From: Clostridiaceae bacterium
GTDB taxonomy: Bacteria; Bacillota; Clostridia; Saccharofermentanales; UBA5734
Reading direction: 5' to 3'
Length of the DNA: 64,000 nt
Assembly: GCA_012523135.1 (NCBI GenBank)
Contig: JAAYJD010000058.1
Span: 8,251 to 72,250, forward strand
A model generated the notes under the pieces. That model searched no databases. It was not told where the DNA came from and saw nothing but the letters and a program-made list of their open reading frames with translations. The position numbers were made by a program, and so were the translations under genes. The first letter of the stretch is position 1. The number at the start of each line of letters is the position of its first letter. This document shows, piece by piece, positions 43,888 to 53,811 of the stretch.

Positions 43888-45192
43888 ATGACTGATGCGA
43901 CCCGCCAAGACGTGTCCTTGCGCCGGCAAGCCGAAGAGCTGCTGGCTTTTATCCGGCGCAGCCCGACCGCCTGGCAGGCAGCCGGCCAGCTGGCCAGCTT
44001 GCTTGGCGAGGCCGGTTTCCGGCCCTACGACAGCCAGCGGCCGCTGCAAACCGGCGACCGCGGCCTGGTCGGCCACGGTTCGGCCCTGTTTGCGTTCAGC
44101 GTGGGGGACAATCCCCTGGCCGGCGGGTTCCGCCTGGTCGGCGCGCACAACGATTCGCCCGGCCTGCTGGTCAAGCCGAACAGCGTCGTGCTCAGCGAGG
44201 GCTGCCTCAAGCTGTCCACCGAAGTCTATGGCGGGCCGCTGCTGCACACCTGGTTCGACCGGCCCCTGGCGCTGGCCGGACGGGTCGTCCTGACCGGCAG
44301 CCGGCCTCTGGAGCCGGAAACGCGGCTGGTCAGCCTGGAGCGCCCTTTGCTGATCATCCCCAACGTCGCCATCCACATGAACCGGACCGCCAACGACGGC
44401 ACCAAGGTCGAACCGCAAAAAATGCTGCTGCCTGTGATCGGGCTGGCGGACGCCAAACCCGACCAGTTGCTGGAGCGCCTGCTGGCCGAAGCGCTGGGCG
44501 TCATGCCCGAAGCCATCCTGGACTACGACTTGTTCCTGCACGACAGCACGCCGGGCACGTTCCTCGGCCTTGAAGATGAGCTGATCGCGTCACCGCGGCT
44601 GGACAACCTCGGCCTGGCTTTTGCCGCGACGACGGCACTGGCGGCTGCGGAGCCCCGCAGCGGCATCAGCGTCGTCGCCTGCTTCGACCACGAAGAGATC
44701 GGCAGCCAGACCCGTGAGGGCGCCCACTCGCTGTACTTGCGCGATCTGCTGGAAAAAATCGTGCTGAGCCTGGGCGGCAGCCGCCGCGATTTTCTCAGCA
44801 TGCTGGAGCGTTCGTTTCTGGTATCCGCCGACCAGGCGCACGCCGTCCATCCCAACTTCGGCGAATATGCCGATGCCACCAACCGGCCGCGCATCAACGG
44901 CGGACCGGTGATCAAGCGGGCGGCCAGCCGCTCCTACACGTCGGACGCGGCAACAGCCGCTGCTTTCCAGGCCCTCTGCAGCCAGGCCGGTGTCCCCTGC
45001 CAGACCTTTGTCAACCGCAGCGACTTGCGCGGCGGCTCGACCGTCGGGCCGGTCCTGACCGAGCATCTGCCGATTCCGGCCGTCGATGTCGGCAACCCGA
45101 TCTGGGCGATGCATTCGATCTGTGAAACCGGCGGCGTCGCTGATCACGCCGCCATGCTGGCGGTGCTGCGCCTGTTCTTCTCCCAGGACTGA
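43888..45192 (+). CDS. M18 family aminopeptidase (aspartyl aminopeptidase-like)
   Basis: 434 aa. Motifs GAHNDSPGLLVKP, FDHEEIGS and VDVGNPIWAMHS. Confidence 0.88.
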   Translation: MTDATRQDVSLRRQAEELLAFIRRSPTAWQAAGQLASLLGEAGFRPYDSQRPLQTGDRGLVGHGSALFAFSVGDNPLAGGFRLVGAHNDSPGLLVKPNSVVLSEGCLKLSTEVYGGPLLHTWFDRPLALAGRVVLTGSRPLEPETRLVSLERPLLIIPNVAIHMNRTANDGTKVEPQKMLLPVIGLADAKPDQLLERLLAEALGVMPEAILDYDLFLHDSTPGTFLGLEDELIASPRLDNLGLAFAATTALAAAEPRSGISVVACFDHEEIGSQTREGAHSLYLRDLLEKIVLSLGGSRRDFLSMLERSFLVSADQAHAVHPNFGEYADATNRPRINGGPVIKRAASRSYTSDAATAAAFQALCSQAGVPCQTFVNRSDLRGGSTVGPVLTEHLPIPAVDVGNPIWAMHSICETGGVADHAAMLAVLRLFFSQD

Positions 45193-45194
45193 GG

Positions 45195-46382
45195 TCAGGC
45201 CTTTTCCAAAACGTCGGGCCGGGCTTGCTCGAGCGTTTCACGCTGCCGGGACACATCGTTGAGGTGCACGGTCAGGGCGGAGAAGGCGAAAGACAGCTTT
45301 TCCTGAGCCATGACATCCATGATCTCCAGCAGGATCTCTTCCTGTTCCTTGAGATACTGGATAAAGTCCAGCGTTTTCGTGAAACACTGGAACAGCACGT
45401 CGATCGAGCTGGTGTTGAACTTCTCCAGGACGATGATCGTGTTCTCCGGAATCAGGTTTTCCCGGGCGGCCATGCGGTCCTTCAGCTTTTCGATCAGGCT
45501 GCGGATCTGGTCCGGCGCCGTGCCGTACTCCAGGCTGATGTTGAAACGGATGCGGCGCTTGATGACCCGGGACAGGTTGGTCACGGTGTTGCTGCTCAAC
45601 CGCGAGTTGGGCACAGTCACCTGCATCTGGGTGAAGGTGCGCACTTTGGTGGAACGAAAGCCGATATCCTCGACGATGCCCTCGACGTCCGGCGTCGTGA
45701 TGACATCGCCGATGCTGAAGGCGTGGTCCGTCATGATCGTCAGCCCGCCCAGCAGGTTGGAGAACGTGTCCTGAGCCGCCAAAGACAGCGCCAGGCCGCC
45801 GATGCCAATTCCGGCCAGCAGGCCGCTGATGTCAAAGCCCCACACCCGCAGCCCGATAAAGACCCCGATGACGATCGCCGCTACCTGGATCGCCCGCCGG
45901 TAGAAGACATGCGCGGTCACTGTCTGCTTGTTGCCGTCGGCCTTGGCCTTGCGGGTACTGATCTCCAGCAGGCTGACGCCGATACCGGCGAAAGCCAGGC
46001 AGAGGATGACCGCTTTCAGGGTGTCGATCATGTGCTGGAAAAAGAGGTTGACCTTATCAGAAAAGGCCAGCAGGCCGGACTGCAGGGCCAGGCTAAACCC
46101 GATCAGGAGAATCAGGAGCCGGACGGCAGGGGCCAGGGATGCCGCCATGGCGGCGCCTGTCTCACGGTCTTTGCTCAGGGATTTTTTCCCGATCAGCTCT
46201 GCCAGACGGCTGACCGGCCGTCTCAGGGCCAGGGCGGCCAGGATGATCGCGCAGGCGATCAGCCAGTTCCAGACCGCGTTGCCCATTACGATCCGGGACA
46301 TAAAAGTGTCCTGCCAGAAAGATGGCAGCAGATTCGGGGCTTCAGATATCGTTTCGGACGCATTAAGAGCAACAGAATACAC
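45195..46382 (-). CDS. Mechanosensitive ion channel family protein (MscS-like)
   Basis: 395 aa. GTG start with GGAAGGAG 7 nt upstream. TM helices, then the MscS beta-domain (FSIGDVITTPDVEGIVEDIGFRSTKVRT). Confidence 0.85.
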   Translation of the reverse strand: MYSVALNASETISEAPNLLPSFWQDTFMSRIVMGNAVWNWLIACAIILAALALRRPVSRLAELIGKKSLSKDRETGAAMAASLAPAVRLLILLIGFSLALQSGLLAFSDKVNLFFQHMIDTLKAVILCLAFAGIGVSLLEISTRKAKADGNKQTVTAHVFYRRAIQVAAIVIGVFIGLRVWGFDISGLLAGIGIGGLALSLAAQDTFSNLLGGLTIMTDHAFSIGDVITTPDVEGIVEDIGFRSTKVRTFTQMQVTVPNSRLSSNTVTNLSRVIKRRIRFNISLEYGTAPDQIRSLIEKLKDRMAARENLIPENTIIVLEKFNTSSIDVLFQCFTKTLDFIQYLKEQEEILLEIMDVMAQEKLSFAFSALTVHLNDVSRQRETLEQARPDVLEKA

Positions 46383-46416
46383 AACGGGACTCCTTCCATC
46401 GGGAACAGATCACAGA

Positions 46417-48063
46417 TTAAGCTTCGGGCAGCGCGTGGCTTTCGACCAGCTCGCCGGTTGTCGCGGCGATCCGCTTCGGCAGCACGGCCAGCAGCGTTTC
46501 CAGCTCATCGGGGGTTTTCGTCCGCGCGACTTCCTGCTTGAACTGCTCCATGACGGATATGAAGTCAGCCTGCAGCGTGTCCAGGGCGTAGGTCGCCAGA
46601 ACCATGCGCGGGTCGCGCAGCCGTTCCGGCACAATGCGGCGATGCGCGACGGGCATGCCGAGCGTGACCGTCTCGTTCAGGCTGGCGATATGGGTCTCCA
46701 GGCCGAATCTGCGCCCGATCGTCTCCGCAAAGGCCTCCAGAGACTCCATTTCGCCGTGAACCAGCAGGATCTGGGCTGGCTTGTGGCGCATGGCGGCGAT
46801 CCAGTTGATCAGGCCGTCGCAATCGGCGTGTCCGGAAAAGCCTTCGATCGACTCGATCCGGGCGCGCACGACGATCTCATCGCCGAACACGCGGACCTTG
46901 TCGGCCCCCTCGACGATGCGGCGCCCCAGGGTTCCCTCAGCCTGGTAGCCGACAAACAAGATTGTCGACTCAGGCCGCCAGAGGTTATGTTTCAGGTGAT
47001 GCTTGATGCGGCCGGCGTCGCACATCCCGCTGGCTGAGATGATGATCTTGCTGCTGGGGTCCTCGTTGAGCCACTTGGATTCGTCCACGCTTGGGGTGAA
47101 ATGGAGATCCGGAAAATCGAGCGGGTTCTTGCCGTCGGCAATGTAGCGGCGCGCTTCCTCGTCGTAGCAGTCGGTATTCTGGCGGAAAACGGCCGTCGCG
47201 GAGATCGCCAGGGGGCTGTCGATAAAGACCGGCGTACGCAAGAATTTTTCGCGCCGGCTCCTGAAGCGCTCTTCCTGGCGGAAGAGCTCGTAGATGATCT
47301 CCTGGGTCCGGCCCACGGCAAAGGACGGGATGACGACATTGCCGCCGCCGTCGATCGTCTCGTTGATGATCGTGACAAAGCGTTCCACTTCGTCCTGGGC
47401 CCGGGGATGCTTGCGCGCGCCGTACGTGGACTCGATCACCAGGTAGTCGGCGCCGTCCAGGATGGTCGGGTCGCGCAGGATAGGCATATCGTTGTTGCCC
47501 AGGTCACCGGAAAAGACGATTTTGCTGGTCTGGCCGTCTTCCGTGACCCAGATTTCCAGAACAGCCGAGCCCAGGATATGGCCGGCATCGCGGAAATTGA
47601 CCCGGACATCCGGCGCCGGATTGAACGTTACGTCGTATTTGACCGGCTTGAACAAGTTGCAGCTCTTGACCGCGTCTTCCATCGTGTAGAGCGGCGGCGT
47701 CTCGGCGCGTCCGGCCCGGCGGGCCTTGCGGTTCTGCCATTCCTGCTCCGACTCCTGGATATGGCCGGAATCAGGCAGCATGATCCGGCACAGGTCCGTA
47801 GTCGCCTTGGTCGCGTAGACCGGGCCGCGGTAGCCGTGCGTGTAAAGCTTGGGGATCCGGCCGCTGTGATCGATGTGCGCGTGGGTCAGCAGCAGGAAAT
47901 CCAAGTCATCCATCTCAAACGGAAACGGACCCTGATTGAGCTGTTCTTCCCGGGCTGAACCCTGGAATAGGCCGCAGTCGACCAAAAATGATGTGTTTTC
48001 TGTCTCAACCAGGTAACAGGACCCGGTAACGGTGCGGGCAGCGCCCAAAAACGAAATTTTCAT
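46417..48063 (-). CDS. MBL-fold beta-CASP ribonuclease-like hydrolase
   Basis: 548 aa. N-terminus MKISFLGAARTVTGSCYLVE, the metallo-beta-lactamase motif THAHIDHSG, and a downstream beta-CASP-like region. Confidence 0.85.
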   Translation of the reverse strand: MKISFLGAARTVTGSCYLVETENTSFLVDCGLFQGSAREEQLNQGPFPFEMDDLDFLLLTHAHIDHSGRIPKLYTHGYRGPVYATKATTDLCRIMLPDSGHIQESEQEWQNRKARRAGRAETPPLYTMEDAVKSCNLFKPVKYDVTFNPAPDVRVNFRDAGHILGSAVLEIWVTEDGQTSKIVFSGDLGNNDMPILRDPTILDGADYLVIESTYGARKHPRAQDEVERFVTIINETIDGGGNVVIPSFAVGRTQEIIYELFRQEERFRSRREKFLRTPVFIDSPLAISATAVFRQNTDCYDEEARRYIADGKNPLDFPDLHFTPSVDESKWLNEDPSSKIIISASGMCDAGRIKHHLKHNLWRPESTILFVGYQAEGTLGRRIVEGADKVRVFGDEIVVRARIESIEGFSGHADCDGLINWIAAMRHKPAQILLVHGEMESLEAFAETIGRRFGLETHIASLNETVTLGMPVAHRRIVPERLRDPRMVLATYALDTLQADFISVMEQFKQEVARTKTPDELETLLAVLPKRIAATTGELVESHALPEA

Positions 48064-48093
48064 GCAGACCTCCTTGGAGCCGTCTTATCCCGT

Positions 48094-48122
48094 ATTATAG
48101 ACTGAAGCGCCCGGTTTGTCAG
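48094..48122 (-). promoter_or_regulatory. Sigma-A-type promoter of the MBL/MscS genes
   Basis: On the minus strand: CTGACA (48122-48117), 17 nt, TATAAT (48099-48094). It overlaps the GH32 stop codon. Confidence 0.55.
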
Positions 48123-49483
48123 GTCAAAAGCGTCAGGGCGGCGGCGCCTTCGACTTCGAGCCGGGTATAGGGCCTGGCCGGATAAACCGCCGACGTCACA
48201 GCCAGCAGACCGGAATCGGCAAACCAGTCGCAGATGCTGACGTCAAAATAGAACACCATGTCATAGGGGCCCGACGCCAGACGGGGCACACGCAGCTGTT
48301 GAAAAAGCGGCCGGTCGTACCAGTCGGAGAAGCGTAACGAGGAGGCCTGGCTGCGGTCGAGGAAAAAGGTGCCTGGATCCGACAGGCCAAAGCACAGCCG
48401 CTCGCCCGCGTCGTTGGCCAGGCTGACCGAAACAGGCCCCTCCCCGGTCAGCCGGATCCCGAAGGACTCGCCCGGTAAGGGCAGCGAGCGATCTGCCTCG
48501 CCTGACTCCAGCCTGGCGGCTGGCTTCAGCAGCAGGTCCAGAGCAGGGCAGGGCCGGCCGGCCAGACGCAGCCCGGCCGGTGTCTGACGCAGGGACAGGA
48601 TGCGCGGCAGCGTCATGGCACCGCGATAAACACCGGTCGGCGTCAGTCCGGCATACGTCCAGTTGCTCGCCCAGCCGACCAGGATACGCTCCGGGGCGTT
48701 GTCGAACGTGATCGCCGCGTAATCGTCAAAACCCGGGTCGACCAGCCGCGTCTCCCCTGCCGGATCCGCCATGAACGATACGCCGTCAAACGAACCGGAA
48801 AAATACTGCGTACAGGAGCCGCCGTCTTCTTTGGCCCGCCCCATGCTGACCACCAGCACCCACTTGAGCTGGCCGTCCGGTGCCGGCAGCGCGAAAAAAT
48901 CCGGGCATTCCCAGACACCAGGCAGATTCCCGGCCGGACCGAAAGCGCTGGTCCGGCACCAGCGCTTCAGGTCGTCGGAACGGTAGAAATCGATGTGGTC
49001 GCCGGATGCCACCACGCAGCTCCAGCAGCTGAGAACGGGATTCCAGAACGGCTTGGGGTCACGAAAATCCCGAAGACCGCCGTTGGGAATGACCGGATTC
49101 TTGTCATAGGGATGAAAGTGGATGTAGTCGGTGCTCCAGGCGATCCCCTGCTGCTGGACGCGACCGCTCTGGCAGTACATCAGGACCAGGGCCGGGTTTG
49201 CGCCAGGCCCGGAAAAACCCGCCGTGTTCGCCTTGTCCAGGACGGCGCCGCCCGAAAAGGCCATGCCGTGCGCATCCGGCGCCAGGGCGATCGGCTGGTG
49301 CTGCCAGTGCAGCAGGTCGCGGCTGGTCGCGTGGGCCCAGTGCATAGGGCCCCAGTCGGTTCCGTCGGGGTGATGCTGGGCAAACAGGTGGTAGGTGTCG
49401 CCGACCTGGCAAAGGCCGTTGGGGTCGTTGATCCAGCCGGCAGGCGGCGTGTAGTGCCAGCGGGGACGGAAGTTACGCACCAT
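48119..49483 (-). CDS. Glycoside hydrolase family 32 (beta-fructofuranosidase / sucrose-6-phosphate hydrolase-like), cytoplasmic
   Basis: 454 aa. Motifs WINDPNG, FRDP and WECPDFF. No signal peptide. RBS GAGGAGG. The start overlaps the DUF1848 gene by 11 nt. Confidence 0.9.
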   Translation of the reverse strand: MVRNFRPRWHYTPPAGWINDPNGLCQVGDTYHLFAQHHPDGTDWGPMHWAHATSRDLLHWQHQPIALAPDAHGMAFSGGAVLDKANTAGFSGPGANPALVLMYCQSGRVQQQGIAWSTDYIHFHPYDKNPVIPNGGLRDFRDPKPFWNPVLSCWSCVVASGDHIDFYRSDDLKRWCRTSAFGPAGNLPGVWECPDFFALPAPDGQLKWVLVVSMGRAKEDGGSCTQYFSGSFDGVSFMADPAGETRLVDPGFDDYAAITFDNAPERILVGWASNWTYAGLTPTGVYRGAMTLPRILSLRQTPAGLRLAGRPCPALDLLLKPAARLESGEADRSLPLPGESFGIRLTGEGPVSVSLANDAGERLCFGLSDPGTFFLDRSQASSLRFSDWYDRPLFQQLRVPRLASGPYDMVFYFDVSICDWFADSGLLAVTSAVYPARPYTRLEVEGAAALTLLT

Positions 49484-50318
49484 CGGGGTTGACCTCCTCG
49501 TCTTCTATCTCGCCGGCACAGCCGGCGTAGCAGTAGCGGCAGCCGTGGCGGCAGGTGCGGTACTGGCCGATATCGACGGCCTGGACACAACGGCAGCCGG
49601 GCCGTTGGCTGCGGTCCGGCTTGAGGGAAAGCGGCCGTTCCGCGATGCGTAGCAGGCGTTCCGGATCGATGCAGGCGGCCGGACGCACGGGCAGATCCTG
49701 CCAGTCGACAAAACTGCAGCAGGCTTCCAGCCCGATGCCCGCCTGGCGGGCAACCGGCGCCAGGCGGGCGATCAGGTCCCGTTTCCCGTCGTCATCCGGC
49801 TGCAGGGCCCCGATCCTGGCCATCTGCCGCACGGTCTTGCGATAAGGGGTGTAAAACGAAAAGACACAGGCTCCGGTCAGATCGGCCAGCTGGCCGCACA
49901 GCGCGGCAAACTGCCGCACATGCCAGTCCCAGGTCAGTTCGCCGCCTAAAACGATCGGGTCATAGCGCCAGACCATCCGGTCGGCCCCGATTCTAGCGGC
50001 CAGCTGCCGGAAGGTGTCCAGGCGGTCGGCCAGGGCGGGCACACGCGGCTCGAGCAGGGCGGGATACGCGTTGAGCGTGAACTGGAAATAATACGGGTAG
50101 CCGGCCGCATCGAGCCGGTCCAGCGCGGCGAAAAACGGACGCGGATTCTTGCTCCAGAAAACAAAGGCGTCGACCGCGGCGCGCGTGAGGTCGACCTGGC
50201 GCTGCTGGGCCGGATTCATGGGGTTGCGGACCGTGACCGTTCCGGCCGCGAGCTGCTGCAAAAACCAGTCGGCAAAAAAGGCCGGTATATCGGTGCGGCG
50301 GCTGGCAGAGACGATCAT
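49473..50318 (-). CDS. DUF1848-like protein with a C-terminal Cys cluster
   Basis: Trimmed to the ATG at 50318 (MIVSASRRTDIPAFF), with an ATGA overlap with the PHP gene. The C-terminus reads CRCVQAVDIGQYRTCRHGCRYCYA. Confidence 0.65.
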   Translation of the reverse strand: MIVSASRRTDIPAFFADWFLQQLAAGTVTVRNPMNPAQQRQVDLTRAAVDAFVFWSKNPRPFFAALDRLDAAGYPYYFQFTLNAYPALLEPRVPALADRLDTFRQLAARIGADRMVWRYDPIVLGGELTWDWHVRQFAALCGQLADLTGACVFSFYTPYRKTVRQMARIGALQPDDDGKRDLIARLAPVARQAGIGLEACCSFVDWQDLPVRPAACIDPERLLRIAERPLSLKPDRSQRPGCRCVQAVDIGQYRTCRHGCRYCYAGCAGEIEDEEVNPDGA

Positions 50319-51661
50319 GGCCGTGCGACAACCTGGTTCAGCCAGGCCGCGCACCGGCCTTGCCTGTCCCGGAGCTGCTCGCGGACCCACGCTTGGCCCT
50401 GTTCCAGCCCGGACGGATGCTCGCCGATCCAGCGCAGCATCAAATCCCCCTCGGCGGCGCACAACCGGTCATGTTCGGGAAACACCTCGCGCAGCAGAAA
50501 GAGGACAACCTTGACCAGCCTGAACGGTCCATAGACGCGCACCGTCTCCCCGGGCAGCGCCTCGACCGCGACGGAAAGGCTGTCCTTGACCGCCCCGATC
50601 AGGTCCGGCAGGTCCAGGCTGTGCGCGAATGCGACCGTATAATACCACCCGAAAAGCTTGCCGGTCTCGCAGCCGTGGGCATCGCTGACCCCGACGATCG
50701 GGAGCGGCTGGCTTCGGGCCAACTCGGCGGCGTAGCGGGTGACCTGCAATATGTTGGCCTCGACTTCATGGCGGTGATAGCCGCCCAGCAGCTCAAGGGC
50801 GTCAAAGGGGCGCCGCTCCAGCAGGCAGCTGGTCAGCGCCTCGCTGATGTAGGCAGCCTGGGCCTGGTCCGGGCTGTAGGACAGCCAGTAGGGGTGGCAG
50901 AAGATACCCAGCCCGCCGACGCGGCGAATCTGGTCAAAAATCCAGCTTGTCGCGGCATAGACGCGGGGGTCGACGCCAGCCGGCAGGTCGAGGCTGCGGC
51001 TGAGCTGGCCGACAGCCGCCTCATACGCCGGGTCCTGGAAGAGGGCGTTGATGCTGGCTTTTCCTCCGAAATTGACGATATGCACCGGGTTGCCGGGCGC
51101 ATGGATCTCCTCGCCCGGCAGGATCGCCAGGTCGATCGGCAGATCCCGGAACGCGTCCCGGGCCTCAAGGGATGGCTCATATTGGCGATGGTCCGTGACA
51201 GCCATGAAATCGAACCCGATCCTGCGGCAGGCCGCGGCGACATGGGCCGGGCTGTCCCGCCCGTCCGAACGATTCGAGTGCATGTGCAGATCGCCCTTGT
51301 ACGGCATCCGGCCGAGCAAGTCGTCTTCAAGGGCGTAGAAGGACAGCTCGGCGACCACCTGGTCTTTGCCGTCGACAGCGGACCGGATGCGCAGCCGGTA
51401 CTCCTGTTCAACAGAACAGCTGACCCGCAGCCGGAAGGCATCCGCATCCGGGTCGAACCTGAGGGGCAGGATGTGGTCCTGGTTGGCAAGCGGCCCTGCC
51501 TCGAACAAGCCCATGGCAAAGACCGTGCACGGCTGGCCCCGGCAGAGCAGGTTCCCCTGGCGCTGCGTGAACAGCGGCCCGCCGGCGATCCGGATCTGCA
51601 GGTCAATGGCTTTCCGAACCGGAACGATCCGGGGAAGCAAGGTGAGTTCAGCGTGCGGCAT
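50315..51661 (-). CDS. PHP-domain metallo-hydrolase (CehA/McbA-like)
   Basis: 448 aa. GDLHMHSNRSDGRDSP ... FMAVTDH, preceded by an N-terminal domain of about 110 aa that I cannot assign. RBS AAGGAGGG. Confidence 0.75.
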   Translation of the reverse strand: MPHAELTLLPRIVPVRKAIDLQIRIAGGPLFTQRQGNLLCRGQPCTVFAMGLFEAGPLANQDHILPLRFDPDADAFRLRVSCSVEQEYRLRIRSAVDGKDQVVAELSFYALEDDLLGRMPYKGDLHMHSNRSDGRDSPAHVAAACRRIGFDFMAVTDHRQYEPSLEARDAFRDLPIDLAILPGEEIHAPGNPVHIVNFGGKASINALFQDPAYEAAVGQLSRSLDLPAGVDPRVYAATSWIFDQIRRVGGLGIFCHPYWLSYSPDQAQAAYISEALTSCLLERRPFDALELLGGYHRHEVEANILQVTRYAAELARSQPLPIVGVSDAHGCETGKLFGWYYTVAFAHSLDLPDLIGAVKDSLSVAVEALPGETVRVYGPFRLVKVVLFLLREVFPEHDRLCAAEGDLMLRWIGEHPSGLEQGQAWVREQLRDRQGRCAAWLNQVVARP

Positions 51662-51682
51662 AACAAGACCCTCCTTGACACC

Positions 51683-51710
51683 AGTCTAGCGGTTCGGGCC
51701 CGAAATGCAA
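51683..51710 (-). promoter_or_regulatory. Possible promoter of the PHP-DUF1848-GH32 operon
   Basis: On the minus strand: TTGCAT (51710-51705), 16 nt, TAGACT (51688-51683). The spacer contains the palindrome TTCGGGCCCGAA. Confidence 0.35.
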
Positions 51711-51732
51711 CCGCAATCCGGCCGTCTGCCGG

Positions 51733-51761
51733 TTTTCATTCCAGGAGGAGGCGGGTATAAT
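51733..51761 (+). promoter_or_regulatory. Candidate promoter of the CE7 esterase gene
   Basis: TTTTCA (51733-51738), 17 nt, TATAAT (51756-51761). Confidence 0.5.
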
Positions 51762-51788
51762 GGGAAAAAAGTCTCTGGAGGTACCCTT

Positions 51789-52751
51789 ATGCCGTTGATT
51801 GACATGCCGCTGGAAGCCTTGCGCCAGTACCAGGGCAAAAATCCGCGTCCGGACGATTTCGACCGCTACTGGACCGACGCCCTGGCCGAAATGCGGGCCG
51901 TCGACCCGAATCTCGAATTGATTCCGGCCAGTTTCCAGGCGCCCGGCGTCGCCTGTTATGACCTCTATTTCACCGGTGTGCGCAATGCCCGCCTGCACGC
52001 CAAGTATGTCCGTCCGCTGGGCCGGACCGAGCCGCATCCGGCGGTCGTCATCTTTCATGGCTACAGCGGCAGCAGCGGTTCCTGGCTGGACAAGCTGCCC
52101 TATGCCGCCATGGGCTTTTCTGTCGCCGCGCTGGACTGCCGCGGCCAGGGCGGCCAGTCGCAGGAGACCGGCGGGGTCCTGGGCACCACCTTTCGCGGCC
52201 ACATCGTGCGCGGTCTCGACGACAAACCGGAGAATCTGCTGATGCGCCACAATTTCCTGGATACGGCCCAGCTGGCCGGACTCGTCATGGACATGCCTGA
52301 GGTCGATGCCGACCGGGTGGCCGCCATGGGCGGATCCCAGGGCGGCGGCCTGACCGTCGCCTGCGCCGCGCTGGAGCCGCGCATCGCCCGGCTGGCGCCC
52401 CGCTGCCCCTTCCTGAGCGACTACCGCCGCGTCTGGGAAATGGACCTGGCCAAGGACGCCTACGAGGAACTGCGCACCTTCTTCCGCCAGTTCGACCCGA
52501 CCCACGCCCGCGAGGCGGAGATTTTCACCCGGCTGGGCTACATCGACATCGCCCACCTGGCGCCCCGCATCCAGGGCCAGGTGCTCTGGGCCGCCGGCCT
52601 GATGGACACGATCTGTCCGCCCTCGACCCAGTTTGCCGCCTACAATAAGATCACCTCGCCCAAGGACATGATCCTGTATCCCGACTACGGGCATGAGAGC
52701 TACCCCGGTTTCGACGACCAGGCCTTCATGTTTTTAGGCGAACTGCTCTGA
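51789..52751 (+). CDS. Carbohydrate esterase family 7 (acetyl xylan esterase / cephalosporin-C deacetylase)
   Basis: Trimmed to the ATG at 51789 (MPLIDMPLEALRQYQG; GGAGGT upstream). Motifs RGQGG, GGSQGG (nucleophile Ser) and YGHE. Confidence 0.9.
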   Translation: MPLIDMPLEALRQYQGKNPRPDDFDRYWTDALAEMRAVDPNLELIPASFQAPGVACYDLYFTGVRNARLHAKYVRPLGRTEPHPAVVIFHGYSGSSGSWLDKLPYAAMGFSVAALDCRGQGGQSQETGGVLGTTFRGHIVRGLDDKPENLLMRHNFLDTAQLAGLVMDMPEVDADRVAAMGGSQGGGLTVACAALEPRIARLAPRCPFLSDYRRVWEMDLAKDAYEELRTFFRQFDPTHAREAEIFTRLGYIDIAHLAPRIQGQVLWAAGLMDTICPPSTQFAAYNKITSPKDMILYPDYGHESYPGFDDQAFMFLGELL

Positions 52752-52756
52752 GCCGT

Positions 52757-53638
52757 TCAGGGCGCGTCTGCCAGGACTGAGCGCGCATATTCGGTCATCG
52801 TCATCTCCTGGCGGCTGCGGAACAGGCGCGAAAAATAGTGCGGATTGTCGTAGCCCAGGCGCAGGGCGATCTGGGTGAAGTTCAGTTCGCCCTCGGCGAC
52901 CATGCGCCTGGCTTCGCTGATCTTGAGCTCGATCAGCTGGTCGATGACGCTGGCGCCGGTCGCCGCCTTGAACGCCTTTTTGACCTGGGCTACGCTGCAA
53001 CCCATGGCCGCGGCGACCTCGGACAGCGTCAGGCGGTCCTGGACATGGTCTTCGAGAAAGGCCTGGATGCGTTCGGCCAGCGCCCGGCTGGTGCCGGGCG
53101 GGGCCGTGTTGAGCGCCCGTTGCTGGATTTTGACGGCATGGCCCTGCCGGTACAGCCGGATCAGCATCTGCTCGAGGCTGGTGCGGACCAGCTGCCCGGA
53201 GCCAAAGGCAGTCCCCGGAAAATCCGGCGGTTCGTCCTCCGCCGGCAGCAGGCTGCCGTCGACCTCGCGCAGGGCGGCTTGCAGGCCGGCGCGCGCCGCG
53301 GCATCGAGCAGCAGGATCTTGTGCGTGAAATACGACATGCACGGGCTCTCACTGGCAAAGGCGCAGACAATGAAGTTGGCTTTTTCCCGGCTGCAGGCCT
53401 GCACGGCGTGGAACTCGCCCGGACAATGGAAAGCCAGCTCGCCGGCCCGCAGCTGGTACTGCTGGCCGCCCGCCGTTATCAGCATCTGGCCTTTGTCGAT
53501 GTAGATGAATTCCCAGAAATCATGCGTCTCGCCGGCGAAGCTGAAATTGCTGGGGCTCCGGAAATAGAACAGGCTGATCAAGCGGGTGATCGACAAGACA
53601 TTTTCCAGGATATGGCCGTAATAATCGATGTTCGCCAT
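52757..53638 (-). CDS. AraC family transcriptional regulator (cupin plus HTH)
   Basis: Trimmed to the ATG at 53638 (MANIDYYGHILE; GGAGGTG upstream). Cupin-like half (HDFWEFIYIDKG ... FHAV) and a C-terminal AraC HTH (NPHYFSRLFRSRQEMTMTEY). Confidence 0.9.
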   Translation of the reverse strand: MANIDYYGHILENVLSITRLISLFYFRSPSNFSFAGETHDFWEFIYIDKGQMLITAGGQQYQLRAGELAFHCPGEFHAVQACSREKANFIVCAFASESPCMSYFTHKILLLDAAARAGLQAALREVDGSLLPAEDEPPDFPGTAFGSGQLVRTSLEQMLIRLYRQGHAVKIQQRALNTAPPGTSRALAERIQAFLEDHVQDRLTLSEVAAAMGCSVAQVKKAFKAATGASVIDQLIELKISEARRMVAEGELNFTQIALRLGYDNPHYFSRLFRSRQEMTMTEYARSVLADAP

Positions 53639-53811
53639 CGGGCACCTCCGCCTGCGCCGCGCGCCAAGGCCAGTATCCTGCACTATCGGTCACCTGTCAA
53701 GAATCAATCAGTTTCCGTAGCCGATCGTGCACAAACGAGAGCCCTTTGTTTATTTTTCCGCGCCTGAAAAATGATATGATGAAAACAAGAGAAGTGACCT
53801 GGAGGTGCATT

